Origin: an uncultured Myxococcales bacterium
GTDB lineage: Bacteria > Myxococcota_A > Bradymonadia > UBA7976 > UBA1532
DNA: 64,000 nt
Reading direction: 5' to 3'
Assembly: GCA_903847385.1 (NCBI GenBank)
Contig: CAINDO010000224.1
Location: 3,941 to 67,940, forward strand
Shown in pieces: positions 54,427 to 62,757 of the stretch; the stretch's first letter is position 1; each line of letters opens with the position of its first letter. The position numbers and the translations under genes are program-made. Under the pieces are notes generated by a model. The model was not told the DNA's origin and searched no databases. It saw nothing but the letters and a program-made list of their open reading frames with translations.

Positions 54427-56025
54427 TCAGAGCAGGCCGGTCACCCGGTAGAGCGGCACGGGCCGGGACTTGCCCTTCATCTCCTTGGGCGGCCGCTCCT
54501 CGTACTGGAGGCGGTCGGCCAAAGCGAAGTAGACCGGATCCGTGACGAGGATCTCGGCGGCGCCGGCGGCCGAGCACAGGCGCGCGGCGGTGTTCACCGT
54601 GTCGCCGATGACGGTGTACGACAGCGTGCGCGTCGACCCCATGTAACCGGCGACGACCTCGCCGCTGTTGATTCCGCAGCCGACGTGGATGGGATCCTCG
54701 CCGTTGGCCACGCGGAAGCGGTTGAAGTCCGCCAGGGCCTTCATCATGTCCAGCGCGGCGCGCACGGCGCGGGCGGTGTGGTCCGTCTGATGAACGGGCG
54801 CGCCCCAGACGGCCATGATCTCGTCCCCGACGAACTTGTCGAGGGTGCCATCGTGCTGAAAGATGATGTCCACCATGATCTCGAAGTACTCGTTGAGCAT
54901 CGAGACGAGCTTCTGCGGCGCCAACCGCTCGCTCATGGAGGTGAAGCCGCGGATGTCCGAGAAGAGCACCGTGGCCTGACGCAGTTCGCCGCCCTTCTCC
55001 ATGGCCAGGTCGCCCTTGACGACCTGCTCGACCAGGTTGGGGGACAGGAGGCGCGACAGGTTGTTGCGCGCGATGGCCTCCATCTCGGCGCGTTTGGCCA
55101 GACGGGCGTTGGCCACCTGCACGGCGGCCTGGTTGGCGAACACGGAGAGGATTTGAAGGTCCTTCTCGGTGAACACACCCGTGGCGATCTGCGTGTCCAG
55201 GTGGATCATGCCCAGCAGTTCGTCCCGGAAGAGCAGCGGCACGCACATGGTGCTCCGGATGCCCTGGAGGATGATGCTGTGGCTGCCGCCGAAGCGGCTG
55301 TCGATGGTGGCGTCGCTGCTGAGCACGGCGTGGTGCTCGTTCATGACCTCGTTGAGGATGGTCTGCGACAGCTCGAACTGGCCCTGCTCGGAGCCGCCCT
55401 TGCGGTGCTTGACCGCACGGGGCTCGGGCGCGCCGCGCTCGTTCAGCAGAAGAATCACGCCGCGGTCGGCGGTGGTGAACTCGAACGCCTTGTCCAGGAT
55501 GCGCTGGAGCAGTTGCTCGATGTCGAGCACGCTCCCGATGTCCTGGTTGGTCTCGAAGGCGACGCGCAGCTTCTCGTAGTCGGCGCGCAGGTTGGCGACG
55601 TCCGGAATCATCGCCTCGGGCACGAACTCCCGGTTCCGGCGATCGTCGCCCTGGAGGCGGGCGCGGATGGCCGTCTCGTGGTTGAACGCCGGGTTGATCG
55701 TGACCTGCTTCGCGGCGGCCTGACCGACGGGCCCCCGATCGCCCTCGACGAAGATGCAGCGCGTGCTGCCGAGGGTGATCGTGTCGCCATCGTTCAGGCG
55801 CGTGCGGCCCGGGATGCGCTCGGCGTTCACGTAGGTGCCGTTGCGGCTCCCCATGTCCTGCAGCCAGTAGCCGCCGTCCACGAAGGTGATCAGCGCGTGC
55901 TCCTTGCTGACCACGCGGTCGAGGATCTGCACGTGCTGGTCCGGGTGCCGGCCGAGCGTGTTGATGGCGCGAAGGAGAGTGTCCTTCTGCACGCCGTCAG
56001 GGCTGATGACTACCAGTTTGGCCAT
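54427..56025 (-). CDS. FHA-GAF-adenylate/guanylate cyclase (class III nucleotidyl cyclase) signalling protein
   Basis: N-terminal FHA domain (GRHPDQHVQILDRVVSKEHALI...GSRNGTYVN), a central GAF domain, and a C-terminal cyclase domain (TVLFSDIRGFTSMSE...KFVGDEIMAVWGAP). Confidence 0.8.
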   Translation of the reverse strand: MAKLVVISPDGVQKDTLLRAINTLGRHPDQHVQILDRVVSKEHALITFVDGGYWLQDMGSRNGTYVNAERIPGRTRLNDGDTITLGSTRCIFVEGDRGPVGQAAAKQVTINPAFNHETAIRARLQGDDRRNREFVPEAMIPDVANLRADYEKLRVAFETNQDIGSVLDIEQLLQRILDKAFEFTTADRGVILLLNERGAPEPRAVKHRKGGSEQGQFELSQTILNEVMNEHHAVLSSDATIDSRFGGSHSIILQGIRSTMCVPLLFRDELLGMIHLDTQIATGVFTEKDLQILSVFANQAAVQVANARLAKRAEMEAIARNNLSRLLSPNLVEQVVKGDLAMEKGGELRQATVLFSDIRGFTSMSERLAPQKLVSMLNEYFEIMVDIIFQHDGTLDKFVGDEIMAVWGAPVHQTDHTARAVRAALDMMKALADFNRFRVANGEDPIHVGCGINSGEVVAGYMGSTRTLSYTVIGDTVNTAARLCSAAGAAEILVTDPVYFALADRLQYEERPPKEMKGKSRPVPLYRVTGLL

Positions 56026-57070
56026 TGCCGATTCCGCTCTGGGGGGCCGACGCCTTGCTTTGGGCGCTCTGACGGAGGATCGCGACGCGTTCCTTCAGCT
56101 TACCTTCGGGGTCACCGTTGTTCACGTTTTTCAGCAACGATTCATAGGCCTCGGCCGCGCCGGCGAGGTCGCCCCGCTCCTCGCGCAGCACGCCCAGATT
56201 GAACCAGCCGCCGCGCTCTTTGGGGTCGAGCCGGGTGGCGGCGACCAGCGCGGTCTCGGCGGCCTCGTGTTTCCCGGCCTGCGCCAGCGCCGTGCCCAAC
56301 TGCAGCTGCGCGGCGGCGTCCTTGGGGTTGGCCTCGGCGGCCTTCGCCAGGGCGTCCACGGCCTCGCCGTACTTGCCCTCGCGCGCCAGCGCCGTGCCGT
56401 ACTCCGCCTGCCGGACCGCGTTGGCGGGTTCGGCCTTCGCTGCGGCCTTCAGCGCGTTCAGCGCCGCGTCGGTGTCGCCTGTCCCGCCGCGCGCGGCGGC
56501 GAGCAGCGACTGCACGCGGGGGTCGTCCGGACGCTTGCTGGCCAGGTCCTCCAGCAGCGGTCGCGCCTCGGCGGCCTTGCCCAGGTCGATGAGCGTGGCG
56601 GCGAGGCCGAAGGTGTTGTCGGCGTTGCCCGGGTCGAGCGTCACGGCGCGCCGGAACTCGTCCAGCGCCCGGAGCTTCTGACCGTCCTCGAGCAGGAGCC
56701 GGGCGAGGGCCCCCCGGATGCCGGCGTCCTTGGGGCTCAGGTTGCCGGCCTCGACGAGGCGGGCGATGGCCTCGCCCCGCCGCCCGACGCGCGCCAGGCC
56801 GGCGGCCTTCAAGACGAGCTCGTCCGCCTTCTTGCGGTCGCCGAGCGTGTCGCCCTCCTCCACGGGCTGCCACTGGGCGGCGGCCTCCGTCGGCGGTGCC
56901 GGTGGGGCCGTGGGGGCAGGGCCCTCGGCGCGGCTCACCGGCTGGAGCGGCTTCCAGCCCGACGACTCCTCCGTGCCCTTGCGTCGACACGACGCGAGCA
57001 GGACGGGGGTCGCGACGACGAGGCACACGGCGAGGGCGCGGACGGCTCTTCTGGACGCGGGGCGGCTCAT
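55997..57070 (-). CDS. TPR-repeat lipoprotein (357 aa)
   Basis: ATG at 57070 is residue M212 of the tracker ORF. VRALAVCLVVATPVLLASC has lipobox LASC. Multiple TPR units are present (e.g. GRRGEAIARLVEAGNLSPKDAGIRGALARL). Confidence 0.7.
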   Translation of the reverse strand: MSRPASRRAVRALAVCLVVATPVLLASCRRKGTEESSGWKPLQPVSRAEGPAPTAPPAPPTEAAAQWQPVEEGDTLGDRKKADELVLKAAGLARVGRRGEAIARLVEAGNLSPKDAGIRGALARLLLEDGQKLRALDEFRRAVTLDPGNADNTFGLAATLIDLGKAAEARPLLEDLASKRPDDPRVQSLLAAARGGTGDTDAALNALKAAAKAEPANAVRQAEYGTALAREGKYGEAVDALAKAAEANPKDAAAQLQLGTALAQAGKHEAAETALVAATRLDPKERGGWFNLGVLREERGDLAGAAEAYESLLKNVNNGDPEGKLKERVAILRQSAQSKASAPQSGIGNGQTGSHQP

Positions 57071-57099
57071 GTCGCCGAGCAATAGCACGGACGCGGCGG

Positions 57100-57828
57100 T
57101 CAGGCCACCGGCGGATGCGCCAGCGCGACCCGGCCCACCAGCGGGAAGTGGTCGCTCGTGCGGACCTCGCCGAGCACCCGGCAGGCAACGGGCTGGAAAC
57201 CACCGCCGCAGAGCAGGTAGTCGATGCGGCGGTTGGGCGCCTTGACGCTGAAGGTGAGGGGATCGCCCACCCCGGTCTCGTCGAAGAGGTCGCGCAGGGG
57301 CGCCGCGCCGGCCGGGGACGCGGCCCGCAGCGTGTCGAGCACGGGAGAGTCGGTCAGATCGTTGAAGTCGCCGAGGACGAGCGTCGGGCCCTCGACCTGC
57401 GCGACGCTCTCGGCGACCCGAACCGCCTGCAGCGCGCGCTCGGGCGCATGGATGCTCAGGTGCGTGTTGAAGACGTGCACACGGGGCTCCGTGTCGAGGG
57501 TGACCCGGAGCAGGACGCGCTGTTCGTCGTCGACCCGGGGCAGCAGCGCGAAGTCGGCGTGCAGGATGGGCAGCCGCGACAGCAGCGCGACGCCGAAACG
57601 CCCGCCGGCATCGTCCGTCAGCGCGCCGGCGAAGGCGTGAAACGGCAGGCCGAGCCTCGCAGCGAGCACGGCGGGCTGATCCACGCGCTCGCCCATGCGC
57701 CATCGCACGCCGATCTCCTGCAGCGCGAGAAGGTCCGGCGCGCCGTGCGCGGCGATGGCGTCGCCGAGGGCGCCCAGCGAGGTCTCGATGCCGAGGCGGA
57801 CGTTGTAGGTCATCAAATCGAGCTTCAC
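57100..57828 (-). CDS. Endonuclease/exonuclease/phosphatase (EEP) family protein
   Basis: EEP motifs LLALQEIG, LVLGDFND and TSDHFPLVG. Its ATG overlaps the histidine kinase stop (ATGA). Confidence 0.75.
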   Translation of the reverse strand: MKLDLMTYNVRLGIETSLGALGDAIAAHGAPDLLALQEIGVRWRMGERVDQPAVLAARLGLPFHAFAGALTDDAGGRFGVALLSRLPILHADFALLPRVDDEQRVLLRVTLDTEPRVHVFNTHLSIHAPERALQAVRVAESVAQVEGPTLVLGDFNDLTDSPVLDTLRAASPAGAAPLRDLFDETGVGDPLTFSVKAPNRRIDYLLCGGGFQPVACRVLGEVRTSDHFPLVGRVALAHPPVA

Positions 57829-59375
57829 GCGGACTCCTCGGCGAGGGGCAGACGCAGGCGGATGAGCGCGCCGCCCGTGGGCGCGGCCTCGACCTCGACC
57901 CGGCCGCCCTGGGCTTCGACCAGCTTGCGCACGTAAGACAGGCCCAGGCCCGTGCCCTGGGGTTTGGTGGTGAAGAACGGCTCGAAGAGGTGCGCCTGCG
58001 CCTCGGCCGTGAAGCCGGGGCCGTCGTCGACGACCTCGAGCGTCGCCTCGCCGCCGAGCGTGCGCACCCGGAGCGTGACGTGCCCGCCTCGGGGCCCGAG
58101 GGCCTCGCGGGCGTTGCGCAGCAGGTTGAGCAGCCCGGCGCGGATCTGGTGGGGATCGACCAGCGCGGGGCGAGCCGCGCGGTCGGCGTCCAGGCGGGTC
58201 TTGACCTTCTCGCGCTCCATCTCCGTGCGCACGAAGTCGAGCGTCTCGCCGCAGAGCGCGTTCAGATCCACCGGGACGCGCTCGGGGCGCGGGAGACGCG
58301 CGAAGCTCAGGTAGGCCTCGGTGATCTCTCGCAGTCGCTCGACCTCTTGAATGATCGAAGAGAGGAGCGTCCGGGCGCCCTCGGTGCCCGCCTCGGCGAG
58401 CTCGTCCATGAGCAGCTCGGAGTTCAGGCCGATGCTGCTCAGCGGGTTGCGCAGCTCGTGCGTGATCTGGGCAGCCAGACGCCCGACGGTCGCCAACCGC
58501 TCCTGATGCAGCAGTTCGCGCTGCTGAGCGGCCAACTGCGCGTCGCGCCGACGAATGGCCTCGGCCATCCGGTTGATGTCCGCGGCCAGGCCACCGAGCT
58601 CCGTGCGGCCGATGAGCGCGACGTCCACGGGGCGCTCGTAGTCGCCCCGGGCGATGCGCTCGACGCCTTCACGGAGGGTGCGCAAAGGGCGCAGCGTGAG
58701 GGCGGCCGCCGCCGTCAAAGTCGCGCCGGCCGCCAGGCCAAGGATCGTCAGCAGCACGGCGCTCCAGACCGCGGAGCGCTCCTCCTGGGCGAAGGCCTCC
58801 ATCGCGCGATTGGTCACGCTGTTGACCTCGACCTCCATGCGCGCGACCTCGCGGCCGAGATCGGCGACCTCACGGCGCAGGACACGCTGCGTGGCCATGC
58901 GCTCCGTCTCGGCGTCGCCGGCGGGCTCCGCGTCGCGGTCGTCCTCGCTCTCCACCCGCTCGAAGAACGTCGACACGCGCGTCGAGAGCGCCTGCCGCTG
59001 CGCGTCGAGGGCGCGCCACCGCTGGGCCAGCGGCCCCGTCTCCGAAGTGCTCAGGCGCGACGGTCGCCCGAGGCGCTCCAGCGCGTCCTCGAACAGCTCG
59101 GCGAGGCGCTCGAGATAGGGATGCACCCGCCGCGCCAGATGCACCGAACGCCGCAAAAGGACCGACTCACGGGGCTCCAGCGCGAGATCCAGGCCGCGGA
59201 CCTCGCTTTTGATCTCGGCGAAGACCGGGGGCAGGGGCATCAGCGTCTGGTGGACGTCAGCGACCTGCTCGGAGAGCCGGGCGACCTCGTGGGCCGTGTA
59301 GCCGCTCACGCCGGCGAACACGAGCAGCAGCGCGGCGAAAGCGGCGAAGATTCGCCCGGGAATCGAGAGGCGCAT
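57825..59375 (-). CDS. Sensor histidine kinase (two TM helices, helical periplasmic sensor of about 180 aa, HisKA plus HATPase_c)
   Basis: ATG at 59375 is residue M398 of shadow-extended ORF 57825..60566. H-box ITHELRNPLSSI, N-box LLNLLRNAREA and G-boxes DDGPGF / GTGLGLS. Confidence 0.85.
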   Translation of the reverse strand: MRLSIPGRIFAAFAALLLVFAGVSGYTAHEVARLSEQVADVHQTLMPLPPVFAEIKSEVRGLDLALEPRESVLLRRSVHLARRVHPYLERLAELFEDALERLGRPSRLSTSETGPLAQRWRALDAQRQALSTRVSTFFERVESEDDRDAEPAGDAETERMATQRVLRREVADLGREVARMEVEVNSVTNRAMEAFAQEERSAVWSAVLLTILGLAAGATLTAAAALTLRPLRTLREGVERIARGDYERPVDVALIGRTELGGLAADINRMAEAIRRRDAQLAAQQRELLHQERLATVGRLAAQITHELRNPLSSIGLNSELLMDELAEAGTEGARTLLSSIIQEVERLREITEAYLSFARLPRPERVPVDLNALCGETLDFVRTEMEREKVKTRLDADRAARPALVDPHQIRAGLLNLLRNAREALGPRGGHVTLRVRTLGGEATLEVVDDGPGFTAEAQAHLFEPFFTTKPQGTGLGLSYVRKLVEAQGGRVEVEAAPTGGALIRLRLPLAEESA

Positions 59376-59501
59376 GGCTAGACTTCGAGGGCGCGCGCTT
59401 GTGGAAAATCCGGTGCCGGCCGCGGGCGGAGCCCGACCCCGCGGTTGACGTCGTGGCGAGGCCGATGTTAAACGCGCACGTTCTTTTGACTGGAGCGAAT
59501 T

Positions 59502-60908
59502 GTGATGAAGATCCGGTCGTGGTCCCTCCTCGCCGCGAGCCTGCTGAACGCGACCACCGTCGCGGCGCAGACGCCCCCGCCGCGGACCTGGCTCGCGCCC
59601 CTCGGGGCCGAGGCCGGCGCGGGCGCGGGCATGATCTCCGAGAAGTTCGATGAAGCCGCCCGGCAGGAGCTCCGCAAGAGCAAGCGCATCGAGATGCGGG
59701 GCGATACGCGGCCGGCGCAGGCAGCGACGACGACGGGCGCCGATCCCCGGGTGGATCAAGCCGAGAATCTGCGCACGGCGGCCAAGGCGTCCTTCGCCAA
59801 GAAGGACTTCGAGACCGCGCTGAAGCAACTCCAGGGCGCGCTGGCCTTCTACGAAGAAGGCATCGCCGCGGTGAACCGGCTCGAGGCGGTCTTCGAGACC
59901 CTCGGCTACCTGGGCGCGTGCTCGCTCTCGCTCGGTTACGACGATGACGCGAAGGACTACTTCAACCGGGTCCTGGCCATCATGCCGGAGGCCGCGCCGC
60001 TGGACGACTACCCCGTCCAGAGCATCGAGCTCTTCGAGAAACTCAAGAAGCAGCAGGCCAAGAAGAAGAAGGGCTCGCTGACCATCAAGACCGACCCGCC
60101 CGGCGCGATCGTCAAGGTCGACGGCACGGAGCGGGGCGCCTCGCCGGTGACGATCAACGACCTGCCGCGCGGCGAACACTACATCCAGGCCTCCGCCGAG
60201 GCCTCGGGCGTCGCCGGCGCAAAGGTCGAGGTCAAGGGCGGCAAGGCCGAGAACGTCGAGCTCAAGCTCTCGACCAACGTCGGCCCGGAGCCCGCGCAGC
60301 CCGTCGACCCGGCGCTCGTGCGCGACGTCGCCAAGATGGCCGCCGAGGGCAAACTCGGCGCGCCCTTCCGCGAGCGGGCCGACCAGATCGCCGAACTCAC
60401 CAAGGCGACGTGCCTGGTCGTCGGTCACGTCGAGGGGCAGGGCAACGGCTACGTGCTCGCCGCCTACGTCTACAGCCCCGAGCAGAAGCAGGTGGCCGCG
60501 CTCGACGAGTCTCGGTTCCGCGCGGACCTGTCCAGCGTGAACGTGCAGGCGACGACGTTCGCCCACGCCGTCGAAGAGGCCTGCAACAAGTTCCCCTACG
60601 ACAAGATCGTCGTCGGCGGCGTGGTCGTGGCCCGTGCGCCGGCGCCGGCGGCCCCCCCGCCGAGCGCGCCCGCCCCCGAGCCCGAACCGAAGCCCAAGCG
60701 GCCGCTGCCGCCGGCCATCACGCTCGAGAACCCGGAGCCCCTCGAGGGGCGGGACGAGGACGACGACGAGGCCTCGCCGTTCTACACCGAGTGGTGGTTC
60801 TGGACCGTCGCCGGCGCCGCCGTGCTCGGGGGGGCCATCGCCGCCGGGTTCGCGTTCGCGCCCGAAGACACGAACTCCACCAAGGTCGACGCGGAGGTGA
60901 AGTGGTGA
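59502..60908 (+). CDS. PEGA domain-containing membrane-anchored protein (468 aa)
   Basis: A signal peptide is followed by a TPR-like helical region and a PEGA domain (GSLTIKTDPPGAIVKVDGTERGASPVTINDLPRGEHYI). The C-terminal TM helix is WWFWTVAGAAVLGGAIAAGFAF. Divergent from the kinase gene. Confidence 0.65.
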   Translation: MMKIRSWSLLAASLLNATTVAAQTPPPRTWLAPLGAEAGAGAGMISEKFDEAARQELRKSKRIEMRGDTRPAQAATTTGADPRVDQAENLRTAAKASFAKKDFETALKQLQGALAFYEEGIAAVNRLEAVFETLGYLGACSLSLGYDDDAKDYFNRVLAIMPEAAPLDDYPVQSIELFEKLKKQQAKKKKGSLTIKTDPPGAIVKVDGTERGASPVTINDLPRGEHYIQASAEASGVAGAKVEVKGGKAENVELKLSTNVGPEPAQPVDPALVRDVAKMAAEGKLGAPFRERADQIAELTKATCLVVGHVEGQGNGYVLAAYVYSPEQKQVAALDESRFRADLSSVNVQATTFAHAVEEACNKFPYDKIVVGGVVVARAPAPAAPPPSAPAPEPEPKPKRPLPPAITLENPEPLEGRDEDDDEASPFYTEWWFWTVAGAAVLGGAIAAGFAFAPEDTNSTKVDAEVKW

Positions 60909-62674
60909 TGCGCGCGACGGCTCTCCGCACGACCCTCGGCACGCTGGCGCTCGGCGCCATCGCGCTGCTCTCCGGCTGCGAAGGGGACACCAAACCCACC
61001 GCCAGCCTCTCCCTCGAGATTCACCCGGCCGCCTGGGATCAGGGGGACTTCGATCCGCTGAACACCGCGCAGTCCGACGACCGCCTGGAGATCATCGCCA
61101 CGCGGCCCGGCACACCCGAGGCCGAGACCTTCACCGAGGTCTTCAATCTGGCGTCCCGCTCCGGCACCCTGAGCGATCTGCCCATCGACAAGGGCTACCG
61201 ACTGCTCGTCCGTGGCCTGCGCGGCTCGCCCGGTCAGCTCCTTTTCTACGGTGGCAGCCCGTTCTTCGACATCGAGGAGGGCAAGACCACGCGGGTGGCC
61301 ATCCAGGTCGGCAAACCCGACTGCGTGATGCTCAATCACAACTCGACGCGCGAGTCCTTCTACGTCGTCAACGGCAAAGAGGACACGTACTACAAACGTT
61401 GGGGCGCGGCGAGCGTCGTGCTCCAGGACGGACGCGTGCTGATCACCGGCGGTGGCACGGTCAACGCCGAGGGCCACCTGACGGAGCTGCGCTCGGACAT
61501 CGAGATCTACGATCCGCGTTACGGGCAGTTCTTCTTCGGGGACGAGTCGCTGCGCCTGCTGCGCCCGCTGGCGCACCACAGCGCCACGCTCCTGAAGGAC
61601 GGCCGCGTGCTGATCTTCGGCGGTCTCACCACCGAGAACATGCAGCCGGTCCACGCGCAGGACATCGAGATCATCAACATCAACGACCTGACCCAGAAGG
61701 TCCGGCCGGCGAGCGCCACGGTGCCGAGCGGCTTCGAGCGGTACATGCACGCCGCGGCCCGCCTCCAGAAGGACGGGTCGGTGCTGTTCACCGGCGGTAT
61801 CGGGCCCGACGGCCACCCGACGGACTCCGTGCTGCGCTACTTCCCGGACGCGGTGGACCCCCTCGGGGGCACGCTCTCCGAAGAGGGCCGCATGCAGGAC
61901 GCGCGCATGAACCACGCCATGACGCCGCTCCTGCGCGAGGGCACGCTGGCGCTGGTGTCGGGCGGGCAGGGGGCCGACGGCGAGCCCCTGAGCACGCTCG
62001 AGGTCATGGTCGTCGGAGCCAACCAGACCGAGTGCGTCGAGGGCACCTTCGCCGACGCAACCCACGGCTGCTGGGTGCCCAACCCCTTCGGCCTGGCCAT
62101 GACGGAGCCGCGCTTCGGGCACCGGGTCGTCCCCGTCGGCACCGGTCACGAACTGCTGTTCGTCGGTGGTTACACGAGCCGCGACCGCACCATGATGGCC
62201 CAGGACCTGGAGCTGCTGAACACCAAGTACCGCAGCGGCCCGAACGAGGTCTTCGCCTTCGTGGGGACCGGCGCAGGGGAGCTGCCGGCGGGTCGCCTGG
62301 CGACGGGTCGCGGCGACTTCGGCGCCACCGAGCTCTACGATGGACGCGTCCTGCTCACGGGCGGTCGCCAGGGCAAGCTGCCCGTCAAGTCGACCTCGAT
62401 CCTCCAGCCCTGCGTGCCGGACGCCTCGACGACCTGCACCACGCAGTTCGTGGAGACCGAGATCCCGACCGAGTGTGGCCTGAGCCAGGCGCGTTTCGGG
62501 CACGAGGCCCTGCGCCTGCACAACGGCACGGTCCTCCTGGTGGGCGGCGTCGGGCTCCTGGGCCCCGAGACGCTCGCCGCGCTGCAGCGCGCGGAGGTCT
62601 TCTTCCCGCGTGTCCTGCAGCCCTGTGACGCTCTGGACCCGTGCCCGGCCGCGCTGGGCACGAACGCGCAGTAA
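60908..62674 (+). CDS. Kelch-repeat beta-propeller lipoprotein (588 aa)
   Basis: ATG at 60908 is residue M167 of the tracker ORF and overlaps the previous TGA. LALGAIALLSGC provides the lipobox. Seven Kelch-like blades: DGRVLITGG, DGRVLIFGG, DGSVLFTGG, EGTLALVSGG, GHELLFVGG, DGRVLLTGG and NGTVLLVGG. Confidence 0.7.
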   Translation: MRATALRTTLGTLALGAIALLSGCEGDTKPTASLSLEIHPAAWDQGDFDPLNTAQSDDRLEIIATRPGTPEAETFTEVFNLASRSGTLSDLPIDKGYRLLVRGLRGSPGQLLFYGGSPFFDIEEGKTTRVAIQVGKPDCVMLNHNSTRESFYVVNGKEDTYYKRWGAASVVLQDGRVLITGGGTVNAEGHLTELRSDIEIYDPRYGQFFFGDESLRLLRPLAHHSATLLKDGRVLIFGGLTTENMQPVHAQDIEIININDLTQKVRPASATVPSGFERYMHAAARLQKDGSVLFTGGIGPDGHPTDSVLRYFPDAVDPLGGTLSEEGRMQDARMNHAMTPLLREGTLALVSGGQGADGEPLSTLEVMVVGANQTECVEGTFADATHGCWVPNPFGLAMTEPRFGHRVVPVGTGHELLFVGGYTSRDRTMMAQDLELLNTKYRSGPNEVFAFVGTGAGELPAGRLATGRGDFGATELYDGRVLLTGGRQGKLPVKSTSILQPCVPDASTTCTTQFVETEIPTECGLSQARFGHEALRLHNGTVLLVGGVGLLGPETLAALQRAEVFFPRVLQPCDALDPCPAALGTNAQ

Positions 62675-62757
62675 CGGCCCCGCCCCGAACGGGCGTCGGG
62701 GAGTCTTCGCAGGGGCACGCCACCGGGGTATGCTCCGGCGCACTTTGCGGACGGGGG

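Noticed and set aside
54427-59375. FHA-GAF-cyclase plus STAND NTPase considered as a Pycsar/CBASS-like defence module
   Set aside because: The cyclase is a multi-domain class III signalling enzyme rather than a minimal PycC or CD-NTase. There is no adjacent effector (TIR, TM or nuclease) gene. The context (kinase, TPR lipoprotein, sigma-54 activator) fits housekeeping signal transduction.
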